From positions 124,001-188,000 of the forward strand of contig MCFE01000057.1 in assembly GCA_002104905.1 (NCBI GenBank): 64,000 nucleotides of DNA, read 5' to 3'. The stretch comes from Basidiobolus meristosporus CBS 931.73 (lineage: Eukaryota > Fungi > Basidiobolomycota). Numbering within the stretch: position 1 is the first letter of the stretch; the number at the start of each line of letters is the position of its first letter. Below the pieces are notes generated by a model, which was not told the DNA's origin, did no database searches, and was given only the letters and a program-made list of their open reading frames with translations. A program made the translations under genes and the position numbers. Below, in pieces: positions 63,341 through 64,000 of this stretch.

Positions 63341-64000
63341 TGTACTTGTATCAGTTGAAGCTGAGAAATGTAGGTAGCATATATCGAAATGAAAGTAGCT
63401 TATATAGGGATACGATATCAGTCGCTGTGGCTCATTTTGGACACGTAGTACGACGTCAGACTACCCGGAGCATATCCAGCCCTTCTCTAGTACTACAGCA
63501 GCATATTCGAGTAGCAGCATGTATCTAAGTTTATTGATCTATGTGGTGGATATAATATACTGGTAGTATCTTGCTCCCGTGTGCGGGAAAAGCTACCACT
63601 TGACAGCATAAACCTACTAATATAGAACTAACCAGCTATGAGTATATCGTTTACTTTTCAGGAATCCGTGCCACCACTATTTGCACAGATTTCGAGGTGC
63701 TTTCCGCAATAGCAAATTTGATCAAGATATTTTACTACGAAAATATGTATATTCACTCGGATTTGATGGCCAGTGTCATGCGGACACCTCAAGTGACTTA
63801 TTAACACGACACCAATTATAAATCAAGTATTTATTGATGCATCCTGTAAACACATTAACAATTACCTATGCTGTGTAAGCCCTAGTTATAATATACGATG
63901 ACAAATGAGTCACCAAACATTATGCTGCTCTGTATTGCATAGAATACATATTTATAGCCAACTTGAGCTATGTCGCTACAAATTAAATAATCAGTGCCCA

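Overview
Gene-dense eukaryotic DNA with short GT-AG introns, from an early-diverging (zygomycete-grade) fungus. A Basidiobolus-like source is my inference from intron style and gene content, not an identification. Most of the window is housekeeping: PAF1 (cut by the left edge), H2A, mitochondrial DnaJ, 5'-nucleotidase, nitrobindin, MFSD1-like transporter, tandem CCCH protein, a divergent hexokinase-family kinase, PCL cyclin, HAL-family kinase, RPT4, clathrin heavy chain, myosin-motor chitin synthase, SET1, MRPS8, DNAJC11, TMEM14, TMEM170, IDH1, ERJ5 and a BAR-PH-ArfGAP-ANK protein. Two accessory loci stand out. (1) At 58.8-63.3 kb, four genes encode an identical 83-aa secreted peptide with 10 cysteines whose spacing resembles the KP6 killer-toxin fold; the copies differ only at silent sites while their spacers have diverged. 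(2) At 28.2-30.1 kb, three tiny TATA-preceded genes share a C-terminal [LM]PxF[DE][ED][LM]...LTPx[IV]A motif; one is absent from the ORF track. Also notable: two apparent +1 frameshifts in SET1, and hexokinase motif changes that suggest a GlcNAc kinase. Exon boundaries were read by eye.
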